From a virus (taxonomy: Duplodnaviria; Caudoviricetes): a stretch of DNA of 64,000 nt. The stretch's first letter is position 1, and each line of letters starts with the position of its first letter. The stretch covers positions 1 through 64,000 of the IMG/VR virus record IMGVR_UViG_3300032135_000291; one strand, given 5' to 3'. A program made the position numbers and the translations under genes. Below, piece by piece: positions 48,097 through 55,723 of the stretch. The notes beneath the pieces are model-generated. The model worked only from the letters and a program-made list of their open reading frames with translations, searched no databases and was not told the origin of the DNA.

Positions 48097-49195
48097 CAAG
48101 ACCTCGGTGGCGCCAGTGCTGTGCGACAACCCGTGGTGCGGCACCAAGACGCGATCGCACATGTCCGCGTTCGCGAAGCGACGCTGCGACCAGAGCAAGG
48201 GTGCACAAGTACGCGTCCACGCCTCTCAGGTCGCCACACAGAAGCATTCGAGTCGTCAGAGCGCTGACGAGGCCCAAGCAGTATTTGGTGGCGACACAGA
48301 GCAAGGTACCGTCGGCTACAGCACGCTTCGTGACGGGCACTTCGAGGGCGCGGTGTTCGACAACGTCGTTCTCGCCGAGGCGCAGGGCGCGAACTTCGAG
48401 GGCGCTACCTTCGGCGAAGTCGTGTTCGACGGAGGGGTCATCGAGTGCTCCTTCGCGGGCGCCTCCGGCTTCGACGTGCGGATCCAGAAGGTCATCTCCG
48501 ACACACGCATGGACGACATGCGTGTCGCCGGATTGCACGTCGAATCGGGGACCGAGGTGCGAGACCTGTCCGTGTCCGGGGCGCTCATCAACGACTCAAC
48601 GTGGGGCAGGCATAGCGACGTCAAGGACTCGTCCTTCCGGTTCGCATCCATGCGCCGCAGCACCTTTGGAGAGTCGATCCAGTTTCGCAACTGCGACTTC
48701 ACCGGCGTCGACCTGGCCCGGTCCGAGTTCGCGGGATCGTACGCAGGGAAGTCGACCTTTTCCAGCGTCATCATCGAGCGGGCGAACTTCTCGGGAGTCG
48801 ACCTCACCAACGTGACCTTCGCGGACGTCCCGCTCGCCGAAACGATCTACTTCGTCGACGGCGACACGCTCCCCATGCTGAACCCCGGAACGCTGGACCC
48901 GTCCGACTTCGGCCGCGAGTTCATGACCCGGGCACTGACCGACGAGCAGTACTCCGACTTCGTCACGAATCTGGGCGCCTCCGAGGCGGAAGTACGCGGG
49001 GCGATGTCACGACTGTCGCCCGCTTTCGTGCCGGTCTACGAGGACGGTGCTGTGGGCACTCGAGGCGAGTTGTTGCGGCGGGCCATGCTTGGCGACGACG
49101 TGGGGATGCTGACAAACATCCAAGCGGAACTATGGGACGCGTCACGCCCCCATAACCGAATGCTGGTCGAGTCTCCGGACGCTTTGTACTCCTGA
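48089..49195 (+). CDS. Pentapeptide-repeat protein with N-terminal Zn knuckle
   Basis: CDNPWCGTKTRSHMSAFAKRRC; ANFEGATF, CDFTGVDLARSEF, ANFSGVDLTNVTF. Confidence 0.75.
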   Translation: MASKTSVAPVLCDNPWCGTKTRSHMSAFAKRRCDQSKGAQVRVHASQVATQKHSSRQSADEAQAVFGGDTEQGTVGYSTLRDGHFEGAVFDNVVLAEAQGANFEGATFGEVVFDGGVIECSFAGASGFDVRIQKVISDTRMDDMRVAGLHVESGTEVRDLSVSGALINDSTWGRHSDVKDSSFRFASMRRSTFGESIQFRNCDFTGVDLARSEFAGSYAGKSTFSSVIIERANFSGVDLTNVTFADVPLAETIYFVDGDTLPMLNPGTLDPSDFGREFMTRALTDEQYSDFVTNLGASEAEVRGAMSRLSPAFVPVYEDGAVGTRGELLRRAMLGDDVGMLTNIQAELWDASRPHNRMLVESPDALYS

Positions 49196-49275
49196 CAGCA
49201 TCAGGCCTACCGCACCGTTGCTATGGTGTCGGCATACGCCACACGCGCGCGACGGCCGAGCCCCGGAGGAATGCA

Positions 49276-49710
49276 GTGACCGCAGCATCACGAGAGGTCG
49301 ACTTGGGCGCTGCGACTGGCGCCCCGGTCGTGGTCCGGACGTGGCGCGGCAAGGGCGGCCGCGTGTTCACCGCCGCGCGCGTCCCGCGGGCGCCCGACGA
49401 CGCAACGCCATGGAGCGTGTACGAGGGCGTCAAGTACCTGGGCAACTGCGGGAACGACAAGATCCCGTCGGACGCAGCAGTTCTCTACCCCGAGGGCGAC
49501 AGGGGAATCGAGGTCGTCGACGGCGTGTACTACGCCGTGATCGTCGACCGGCAAGAAGGCGTGGGCGTGCGCAACAGCCCCCTCACTGCGCGCGACCCCG
49601 ATCGCCCCTGGGCGGTAAGCCTGCCTGACGTCTTGGAGGATCGCGTCGTTATCGACTCGCTTCCCGAGCAGATGGTTGACGTCGTGCGTGCACTGGACGC
49701 CGGCCTGTAG
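49276..49710 (+). CDS. Hypothetical protein
   Basis: SD GGAGG before GTG. Confidence 0.6.
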   Translation: MTAASREVDLGAATGAPVVVRTWRGKGGRVFTAARVPRAPDDATPWSVYEGVKYLGNCGNDKIPSDAAVLYPEGDRGIEVVDGVYYAVIVDRQEGVGVRNSPLTARDPDRPWAVSLPDVLEDRVVIDSLPEQMVDVVRALDAGL

Positions 49711-50090
49711 AACTGCGTCGCCTACCACACCGTTCCTGACGCTGTCTGAAAACGACACGCTGATCTACCAGGCACTTCGCACGCCCCTTGCAAATGTCAG
49801 TCATAGGGCATAGGTTTACCGACGTCAGCACATGCTGACTCTTTGCCTTACTACCGAGAAGACCCGAAGGGGGTGAACGGCAAATGATGCAATCACAGCG
49901 CATCGCACGCGACGAATCCAACGTCGCCAATTTGTCGACACCCACTAGCGGGTATCAGCAGGAATGGCGCCGCGATCCCAAAGCGACCACCAGCCTGCAC
50001 TCCGGCCTTGTGCTGCCGGGCTTTACGCCCAAGCACTAGACAGCCGCGAGTAACGCTCTCGTCCCGGCAGCAACAAGGGACTACCACAAT

Positions 50091-50163
50091 TCCTCGGTGG
50101 TGTAATTGGCAACACGTCCGACTGTTAATCGGAAGTCTCAAGGTTCGAGTCCTTGTCGAGGAA
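50091..50163 (+). tRNA. tRNA-Asn(GTT)
   Basis: Cloverleaf; TCCGA-CTGTTAA-TCGGA. Confidence 0.9.
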
Positions 50164-50365
50164 CGCAGGCCAACTACGGTTGCGCCTTTGTACTCGCCTC
50201 GGCGGGATTGAGAATTCCATAGTGGATGAGTGTGCAAAGCAGAGACCTCTGCCTCGCCGCCGCCGATTCGCCCCTCGCGGGTGTGACGGTCGTGGCCCGG
50301 GGGGTCTCTCAGAGCGGCCCCGCCCATTTTCCTGAAAGGGAATCCCAGGGCGGGGCCGCACATTG

Positions 50366-50441
50366 GGGCCAATGGCGCAACTGGTAACGCAGCGCTTTTG
50401 CAAGGCGAAGAGTCTCGGTTCAAATCCGAGTTGGTCCACCA
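50366..50441 (+). tRNA. tRNA-Ala(TGC)
   Basis: G3:U70, loop TTTGCAA, encoded CCA. Confidence 0.88.
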
Positions 50442-50608
50442 AGACGACTAGATCAGCGGCGGGGAGACCCCGTGACGAGCATCGAAATCGTTGAGGGAGT
50501 GCGTGACAAACGTGCTCCCGGCGCGGGGACGCCCGCGCTTAACTGACCCACCAGCGGTGGGAACAGTAACGGGGGGGCCTCGCCGTAATGCGGTGGGGCT
50601 CCCAGCCA

Positions 50609-50682
50609 CGGGGTGTGGCGCAGTCTGGTAGCGCATCCGCTTTGGGAGCGGAGGGCCAGGGGTTCGAATCCCTTCACCCCGA
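50609..50682 (+). tRNA. tRNA-Pro(TGG)
   Basis: TCCGC-TTTGGGA-GCGGA. Confidence 0.93.
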
Positions 50683-50787
50683 CTTTGCGGGCTTGCTCGT
50701 CGTCGGCTCGGCGAGAGTCACCGACTCCGGCGCGCGCTCTTGAAGGGAGCGAAGCGCTGTGCGGGGTTGGCGGCGAGCAAATACTTA

Positions 50788-50849
50788 CGGGGTGTGGCGC
50801 AGTTTGGTAGCGCGCGTCGTTCGGGACGACGAGGTCGTGGGTTCAAATC
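50788..50849 (+). pseudogene. 5' fragment of tRNA-Pro(CGG) truncated in the T-loop
   Basis: 62 nt with 2 differences from 50925-50986; 3' acceptor strand absent. Confidence 0.85.
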
Positions 50850-50924
50850 TTATGAACACTGTGACCCGTTAAGATAAGTTAATAGGCAGGTACAATTGTC
50901 ACCGGCATGTTGGTGACAGTGCTT

Positions 50925-50998
50925 CGGGGTGTGGCGCAGTTTGGTAGCGCGCGTCGTTCGGGACGACGAGGCCGTGGGTTCGAATCCCGCCACCCCGA
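50925..50998 (+). tRNA. tRNA-Pro(CGG)
   Basis: CGTCG-TTCGGGA-CGACG. Confidence 0.93.
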
Positions 50999-51048
50999 CT
51001 CCCAGGAGGGACTCGCTATGAGCACCAACGACATCTAGTAGCGCTCAC

Positions 51049-51121
51049 GCTCCTCTGGCTCAAACGGCAGAGCAACTGACTCTTAATCAGTGGGTTCCGG
51101 GTTCGAATCCCGGGGGGAGCA
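51049..51121 (+). tRNA. tRNA-Lys(CTT)
   Basis: ACTGA-CTCTTAA-TCAGT. Confidence 0.93.
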
Positions 51122-51139
51122 CTCGCAGCAAGCAGCACT

Positions 51140-51214
51140 GGGCCCGTAGTGAAACTGGCATCACTCTGGACTTTTAATCCTGAATTTCGGGTTCGAATCC
51201 CGGCTGGCCCACCA
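51140..51214 (+). tRNA. tRNA-Lys(TTT), atypical body
   Basis: CTGGA-CTTTTAA-TCCTG; single mismatches in two stems; encoded CCA. Confidence 0.8.
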
Positions 51215-51248
51215 GGCAAGACGCGAGCCTTGATCGCGTCAAACACTC

Positions 51249-51321
51249 GGCTCTGTAGCGCAGTCGGTAGCGCGCCTGACTGAAAATCAGGAGGTCATCG
51301 GTTCGATCCCGATTGGAGCCA
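51249..51321 (+). tRNA. tRNA-Phe(GAA)
   Basis: CCTGA-CTGAAAA-TCAGG. Confidence 0.93.
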
Positions 51322-51328
51322 CTCAGGG

Positions 51329-51420
51329 AGCCCTGCCCGTTCAACTCGCGGCAGGCAAACATCGGCGGTTCAACTCCGCTTCCCGGCGGTCCGGGCGATG
51401 AGCAGACCGGCGTCTGGGCT
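51329..51420 (+). ncRNA. Candidate tRNA-elbow-mimic RNA (T-loop hairpin before a GG hairpin)
   Basis: ATCG[GCGG-TTCAACT-CCGC TT CCCGG-CGGT-CCGGG]CGAT three-way junction. Confidence 0.4.
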
Positions 51421-51427
51421 TTCGCAC

Positions 51428-51500
51428 GCGAGTGTCGTATAGCGGCCAAGTACCTCTGTTTTCCAAGCAGATGACACGGGTTCAAATCCCGTCACTCGCT
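51428..51500 (+). tRNA. tRNA-Gly(TCC)
   Basis: TCTGT-TTTCCAA-GCAGA. Confidence 0.9.
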
Positions 51501-51531
51501 CCGGGCCCGCCAGAGCCCCAATCTGGCATCT

Positions 51532-51602
51532 AGGGGTGTGGCGTAACGGCAACGCGGCGGTCTCCAAAACCGTGCATGGGGGTTCGATTCCCTCCACCTC
51601 TG
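51532..51602 (+). tRNA. tRNA-Trp(CCA)
   Basis: GCGGT-CTCCAAA-ACCGT. Confidence 0.92.
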
Positions 51603-51677
51603 CCCAGGCACCTTGTCGGCCCTTGGTGCGTTGCGCTAACATCTAGGCAACCACACCTCATCGACCGGGAGGACGCG

Positions 51678-52535
51678 ATGGCTAGCGTGACCCAGCGAGT
51701 CAAGCAGGTGAAGCAGCCGCGCGGAGGCTACGTCAATCCGAGGGTGATGGAGGTCCAATATCTAAGCGGAGGCGCCCCCGCCCTCCTGGATCACCGGGCG
51801 GAGAACATTCACGCCTCCCTGGTTGGTATGGCTGTGGACTACCTCACCAGAGCGGCGTGTGGAACCCGTGCGGAAACGGTGTTCAACATCTCCCTCTATG
51901 GCGCAAAAAAGGTCGGAGACCTGGCGCTTCATCAGGCTCTCGTGGACTGCGCGACCATTGAGAGTGGCGGCTTAGACACCCCCTCGATTGAGGCTGCGTG
52001 CCGCCTTGTTGGGTATGACGTAATCTTCCGGGCGGGGATGGCTCAGTACAACCCCGCGGCAAACCTCGCGCCTGACGCATTCACCGTCCTAAATATCAGA
52101 GCCATGGTCGAGCGCGCGCTCCGCTTTTTCGATGAATATGGACCAGTCGAGATCGACGGGTTTCTCCCCCTCGGTAGGGCCACAGAGTTTGTGGACAGTG
52201 GAGATGGCGACTTTCTGACTTTTGACACCCTATGGGACTTTAAGGTTTCAGTGAATCCGCCGACCATCGCCCACACGTTGCAATTGCTTATGTATTGGCT
52301 CATTGGTCGCGACGGCAACTGGTGCTGGCAGGTTGGGAACCCACCGGTTCAGCCCGACTTGCAGAGGCTTCTCGAGTATGGGCTCTACGACCCCAGGATT
52401 CACGGTGGTCCTATCCCAACCAGGCTGGGCATCTACAACCCTCGGCTCGATGCCGTCTACCTATTGAGTGTGACCGACATCCCTGCCGACGTCATTACCG
52501 CAGTATCGCGAGACGTAATCGGATACCACGAGTAG
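51678..52535 (+). CDS. PD-(D/E)XK nuclease-like protein inserted in the tRNA array
   Basis: GDGDFLTFDTLWDFKVS..HTLQLLMY; SD GGAGG; visibly lower GC than flanks. Confidence 0.7.
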   Translation: MASVTQRVKQVKQPRGGYVNPRVMEVQYLSGGAPALLDHRAENIHASLVGMAVDYLTRAACGTRAETVFNISLYGAKKVGDLALHQALVDCATIESGGLDTPSIEAACRLVGYDVIFRAGMAQYNPAANLAPDAFTVLNIRAMVERALRFFDEYGPVEIDGFLPLGRATEFVDSGDGDFLTFDTLWDFKVSVNPPTIAHTLQLLMYWLIGRDGNWCWQVGNPPVQPDLQRLLEYGLYDPRIHGGPIPTRLGIYNPRLDAVYLLSVTDIPADVITAVSRDVIGYHE

Positions 52536-52707
52536 ACGTCCCGGGAAGACGACGGCGCGGGGGTTCGGCCCCTCTGCCCCCGCTCCGCGGCGGTCGCCCG
52601 TCGCGTCACTCGCTCCCCGCAGCCGGATCCCCGGAACCGGAGAGATTCGCCCACCAGCGTGAGTCATGGCGATCGAGGACAAAGGGATCTCACGCCCGAG
52701 GCGACAT

Positions 52708-52779
52708 GCCGAGATAGCACAGCGGTAGTGCGTCGCCATGGTAAGGCGAAGGTCGTGGGTTCGACCCCCACTCTCGGCT
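52708..52779 (+). tRNA. tRNA-Thr(GGT)
   Basis: TCGCC-ATGGTAA-GGCGA. Confidence 0.92.
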
Positions 52780-52789
52780 CGCAGCAGTC

Positions 52790-52866
52790 GCTCGGAGAAG
52801 CGCGCTGAAAGGGTGGCAGCGGTTCGACTCCGCGAACGATGGTCGGGTCACCCCAATTCTCCGAGC
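52790..52866 (+). ncRNA. Candidate tRNA-elbow-mimic RNA
   Basis: 10-bp outer stem GCTCGGAGAA/TTCTCCGAGC; GGGTGGC[A GCGG-TTCGACT-CCGC GAA CGA-TGG-TCG G]GTCACCC. Confidence 0.45.
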
Positions 52867-52884
52867 GGCTGTGTCTCGTCCTGA

Positions 52885-52956
52885 TCCGCCCTGGTGTAGC
52901 GGCAGCATGCAGGCCTTTGGAGCCTTGCGATCCAGGTTCGAATCCTGGGGGCGGAA
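52885..52956 (+). tRNA. tRNA-Gln(TTG)
   Basis: CAGGC-CTTTGGA-GCCTT. Confidence 0.9.
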
Positions 52957-52999
52957 CGCATGGATTTACCCGAGCCTCGCCGTTGCGCGGGTCCGGTGC

Positions 53000-53073
53000 A
53001 GTCGTATGGCGCAACTGGTAGCGCGGCTCCTTCACACGGAGACGGCTTGGGGGTTCGAGTCCCTCTACGACTA
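53000..53073 (+). tRNA. tRNA-Val(CAC)
   Basis: GCTCC-TTCACAC-GGAGA. Confidence 0.87.
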
Positions 53074-53157
53074 CGCCTCGGCTACTCGGCCGCTGCATGA
53101 AGGCAGCGACAAGAGGCCCGAAATCCCCTGGCAGACGGGGAGATAGTCTGCTGCTTT

Positions 53158-53240
53158 GCCGGCGTTGGACATATGGATGGTCCGCCTGACTGTAAATCAG
53201 GTTCCTTCGGGACGTGGAGGTTCGAGTCCTCTCGACGGCA
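53158..53240 (+). tRNA. tRNA-Tyr(GTA)
   Basis: CCTGA-CTGTAAA-TCAGG, long variable arm. Confidence 0.9.
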
Positions 53241-53316
53241 CTGTGTGCGCACGACTGGCTGGGGGTTGATATGTCCCCCGGGGGAACTGACCCTCCCTGC
53301 ACAAGAAAGGGTCGCT

Positions 53317-53389
53317 GCGCTCGTGGCTCAACGGATAGAGCACTTGGTTACGGACCAAGGGGTTGGAGGTTCGAATCCTCTCGGGCGCG
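53317..53389 (+). tRNA. tRNA-Arg(ACG)
   Basis: CTTGG-TTACGGA-CCAAG. Confidence 0.93.
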
Positions 53390-53668
53390 CTGGGACAGCA
53401 CGAGTAGAACCGGGTCGCTCCGGGGAGATGGACTCGTGCCGGCTGTCGCGTGCCGGATGCAAAACGCGGACCCTGCCGGTGATGGGAGGCTACCTAGGCC
53501 GAACCGGAAGGCAGCGATCGACGTGGCGGCTCCGGCTGCCGCGCTCGGGAGTGCTGTGGGCCCGTGACCACCGGGCTGACCTGACCACCGGCGGGTGAAG
53601 ATTCAGGCATAGGGGTGAGAGTCCCCAGGGGAGCGGTTCGGCTGGCAAGTCGGCGACCTCCCCGCACA
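53390..53668 (+). ncRNA. Candidate structured ncRNA in the longest gene-free spacer
   Basis: About 280 nt with several helices, including the T-loop-like GGGG-TGAGAGT-CCCC. Confidence 0.35.
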
Positions 53669-53669
53669 T

Positions 53670-53754
53670 GCCCGTGTGGCGGAACGGTAGACGCGCCAGT
53701 TTCAGGAACTGGTATCCCGTGAGGGGTGTGAGGGTTCGAATCCCTCGATGGGCA
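53670..53754 (+). tRNA. tRNA-Leu(CAG)
   Basis: CCAGT-TTCAGGA-ACTGG, long variable arm. Confidence 0.92.
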
Positions 53755-53816
53755 CAATCCGGCCTCGACAGGTCGGCGGAGGTACTCGGGCACCTGGAAG
53801 ACCCCGAGCGTGGACT

Positions 53817-53889
53817 GCGGATATGGCTCAGTTGGCAGAGCGTCACCTTGCCAAGGTGAAGGCCGCGAGTTCGAATCTCGCTATCCGCT
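53817..53889 (+). tRNA. tRNA-Gly(GCC)
   Basis: TCACC-TTGCCAA-GGTGA. Confidence 0.93.
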
Positions 53890-53972
53890 CAGCGCTCGCA
53901 CTCTCTCCGTCTGATCGTCACGGCCTCCGGTGTCAGACCCGGATCCGCGGTGGGGGAGAGCGCGAGCCACAT

Positions 53973-54047
53973 TTCCCCATGGTGTAACTGGCAGCACGAC
54001 TGGCCCTGGTCCAGTTAGTTGAGGTTCGAATCCTTATAGGGAAGCCA
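53973..54047 (+). tRNA. tRNA-Gln(CTG), C33
   Basis: ACTGG-CCCTGGT-CCAGT; encoded CCA. Confidence 0.85.
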
Positions 54048-54091
54048 AAAGTTCGTTGTGCGGCTGGTCGCGAGCCTCATCGCGGCGCAAA

Positions 54092-54165
54092 GGACCCGTG
54101 GCGCAGATGGTTAGCGCGCTTCGCTGATAACGAAGAGGTCGGAGGTTCAAGTCCTCCCGGGTCTA
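54092..54165 (+). tRNA. tRNA-Ile(GAT)
   Basis: CTTCG-CTGATAA-CGAAG. Confidence 0.93.
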
Positions 54166-54180
54166 CTAGCGCGGATTGAA

Positions 54181-54252
54181 GATCGCATGGCGCAGCGGTA
54201 GCGCGCTTCCCCGACACGGAAGAGGCCGAAGGTTCGAACCCTTCTGCGATCA
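54181..54252 (+). tRNA. tRNA-Val(GAC), C33
   Basis: CTTCC-CCGACAC-GGAAG. Confidence 0.88.
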
Positions 54253-54300
54253 CAGGTTTGGTCCTCCGAGATTCGGGCTTTCCGAATCGGCAGGGCCTGA

Positions 54301-54374
54301 TGCGCGAATGGGGAAAGGGCGTCCCGCCTGGCTCATATCCAGGAAATCGGTGGGTTCGACTCCCACTCGCGCAA
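54301..54374 (+). tRNA. tRNA-Met(CAT), partly initiator-like
   Basis: CCTGG-CTCATAT-CCAGG; T1:A72, G11:C24, A8. Confidence 0.8.
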
Positions 54375-54469
54375 CCGCTCGAAGTGGTCCTCCTACTTGG
54401 CTCCGGCGAGGGGGTGAGGGAAGCGCGGAGAGTGTCGGCGGCGGACCTGAAATCCGCGCGGCCGACGAT

Positions 54470-54545
54470 GGTGTTCGAGGCCGAAAAGCGAGGCGCGTGG
54501 TTGTGGTCCACGTCGTAGCGGGGGCAGTACCCGTCGAACACCCCA
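54470..54545 (+). tRNA. tRNA-His(GTG) with non-canonical T-loop
   Basis: G-1, GTGTTCG/CGAACAC, C73, CCA; CGTGG-TTGTGGT-CCACG; T-arm GCGGG-GGCAGTA-CCCGT. Confidence 0.85.
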
Positions 54546-54546
54546 C

Positions 54547-54618
54547 GGTCCCGTGGTGTAAGTGGCAGCACGCCGCCCTCTCAAGACGGTAGCGGGGGTT
54601 CAAATCCCCTCGGGACTA
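54547..54618 (+). tRNA. tRNA-Glu(CTC)
   Basis: CCGCC-CTCTCAA-GACGG. Confidence 0.88.
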
Positions 54619-54762
54619 CGAAACGTCCCTCCTCGCCAGCAAGAGCCCCCGGGCTCTACCGGCAATACGTCCGGTCAGGCGAGGAGGTCACAGGTTGGAC
54701 GCTCAGCGCCGGGACTTGCCGGCGTCGAAGACCTGGGGGCTGCGGCCCCGGAAGCGTCACTT

Positions 54763-54837
54763 GGTCCTGTGGAGCAGTCTGGAGTGCTCGCCACCCTGTC
54801 ACGGTGGAGGTCGTGGGTTCAAATCCCATCAGGATCG
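54763..54837 (+). tRNA. tRNA-Asp(GTC)
   Basis: CCACC-CTGTCAC-GGTGG. Confidence 0.93.
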
Positions 54838-54876
54838 CGAGAAGTACGCTCCGCCGCAGATCGGCCCGGAGCCGGG

Positions 54877-54886
54877 TGGATACCTT
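54877..54886 (+). promoter_or_regulatory. Class B promoter motif
   Basis: TGGA-TACCTT-N5-ATG 54892. Confidence 0.72.
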
Positions 54887-54891
54887 GAAGC

Positions 54892-55494
54892 ATGAGCAAG
54901 TGCACCTCGAGAACCGGCCGTCACCTCCCCGGTTCGTGGACCGAGCAGGAGTGCCCCGAGCACGGCTTGCTTGCCGCCAGGAGGGCCACCGCGGCGGCCC
55001 CCACAGCGAGCATGAGCGCCCCTCAGCCGGCTCCGGGACGTGACCAGCCGCCCGCCTACGAAGGGACGCTGGGGAGCCTTCCGGAAGAGATCGTAGAGGA
55101 CCTGATTTCTCGTCGTTCGCGACGAGGTGCGAGCCGAGAAGAGAGCGCGGCGCTCCTCGGAGAGTTCGTGCGGTCACACTCCGGCGCCAACCTCGCATCC
55201 GCGCTGGTCTACAACAACTTCGCCAGGACGCCGAACGTGGACCGTATCGTTCGCGACATCGACGCGACCCGGCCGCCAACCCGCCGCCCGTCACCGAAGC
55301 CGCAGTCAGCGCGGATCGAGACGCTACGAGGCGGAGACACGTTCGAGGACGGAGAGTTCCGCGCTCGCGAAGAGGTCCTCGAAGTCACCGACCAGGGCGA
55401 CAACATCTACGTCACCACAGACGCCTCCCAGGACGCCGGTGCGGGTGCATACCGGTTCCGCAAGGGCGAGACCGTTTGGGCGACCACCGCGTAA
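54892..55494 (+). CDS. Zn-knuckle family protein within the tRNA array
   Basis: CTSRTGRHLPGSWTEQECPEH. Confidence 0.75.
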   Translation: MSKCTSRTGRHLPGSWTEQECPEHGLLAARRATAAAPTASMSAPQPAPGRDQPPAYEGTLGSLPEEIVEDLISRRSRRGASREESAALLGEFVRSHSGANLASALVYNNFARTPNVDRIVRDIDATRPPTRRPSPKPQSARIETLRGGDTFEDGEFRAREEVLEVTDQGDNIYVTTDASQDAGAGAYRFRKGETVWATTA

Positions 55495-55510
55495 CAGGGG
55501 ATGAGCCACG

Positions 55511-55606
55511 ATGCCCGAGTTCAACGACGTAGGAGGGGGTGATCCGATTTGAGCGAGTCCTCGAACCTTCGAATGCCCAAGTCGTCGAACTAGGAGGTGA
55601 TCCAAT
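55511..55606 (+). repeat. Tandem ATGCCC.AGT..TAGGAGG(GG)TGATCC units with extended 16S 3'-end complementarity
   Basis: TAGGAGGGGGTGATCCGAT at 55530 and TAGGAGGTGATCCAAT at 55591. Confidence 0.6.
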
Positions 55607-55723
55607 CTCACGCCGTAGGGCCCGACGCGGATGGCGCCGGGAGTGTGGCGCTGTCGCAGGATCTGGCCCGCATCCCCGGCGCTACCGTGTTGGGCGACCA
55701 GCACCGATCAGGAGTTGAACGAG

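Noticed and set aside
49884-50039. 51-codon ORF upstream of the tRNA array
   Set aside because: SD-like site is present but there is no recognisable motif or other support; not listed as a CDS
50788-50849. Second functional tRNA-Pro(CGG) or intron-containing tRNA
   Set aside because: No 3' acceptor strand follows; the insert is followed by a complete new 5' end, not the missing 3' half
52520-52530. Additional GGATAC hits inside CDSs (for example 29489, 36104, 41789, 52520)
   Set aside because: They lack the YNT ending and are not positioned before starts, so they were not counted as class B promoters
53490-53520. GGAAGGCAGC resembling SRP RNA domain IV
   Set aside because: The required CAGG and symmetric 3-bp stem are absent; kept only as part of the unassigned structured spacer
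54433-54468. GCGGA-CCTGAAA-TCCGC as an extra tRNA
   Set aside because: No D-arm, T-arm or acceptor stem around it
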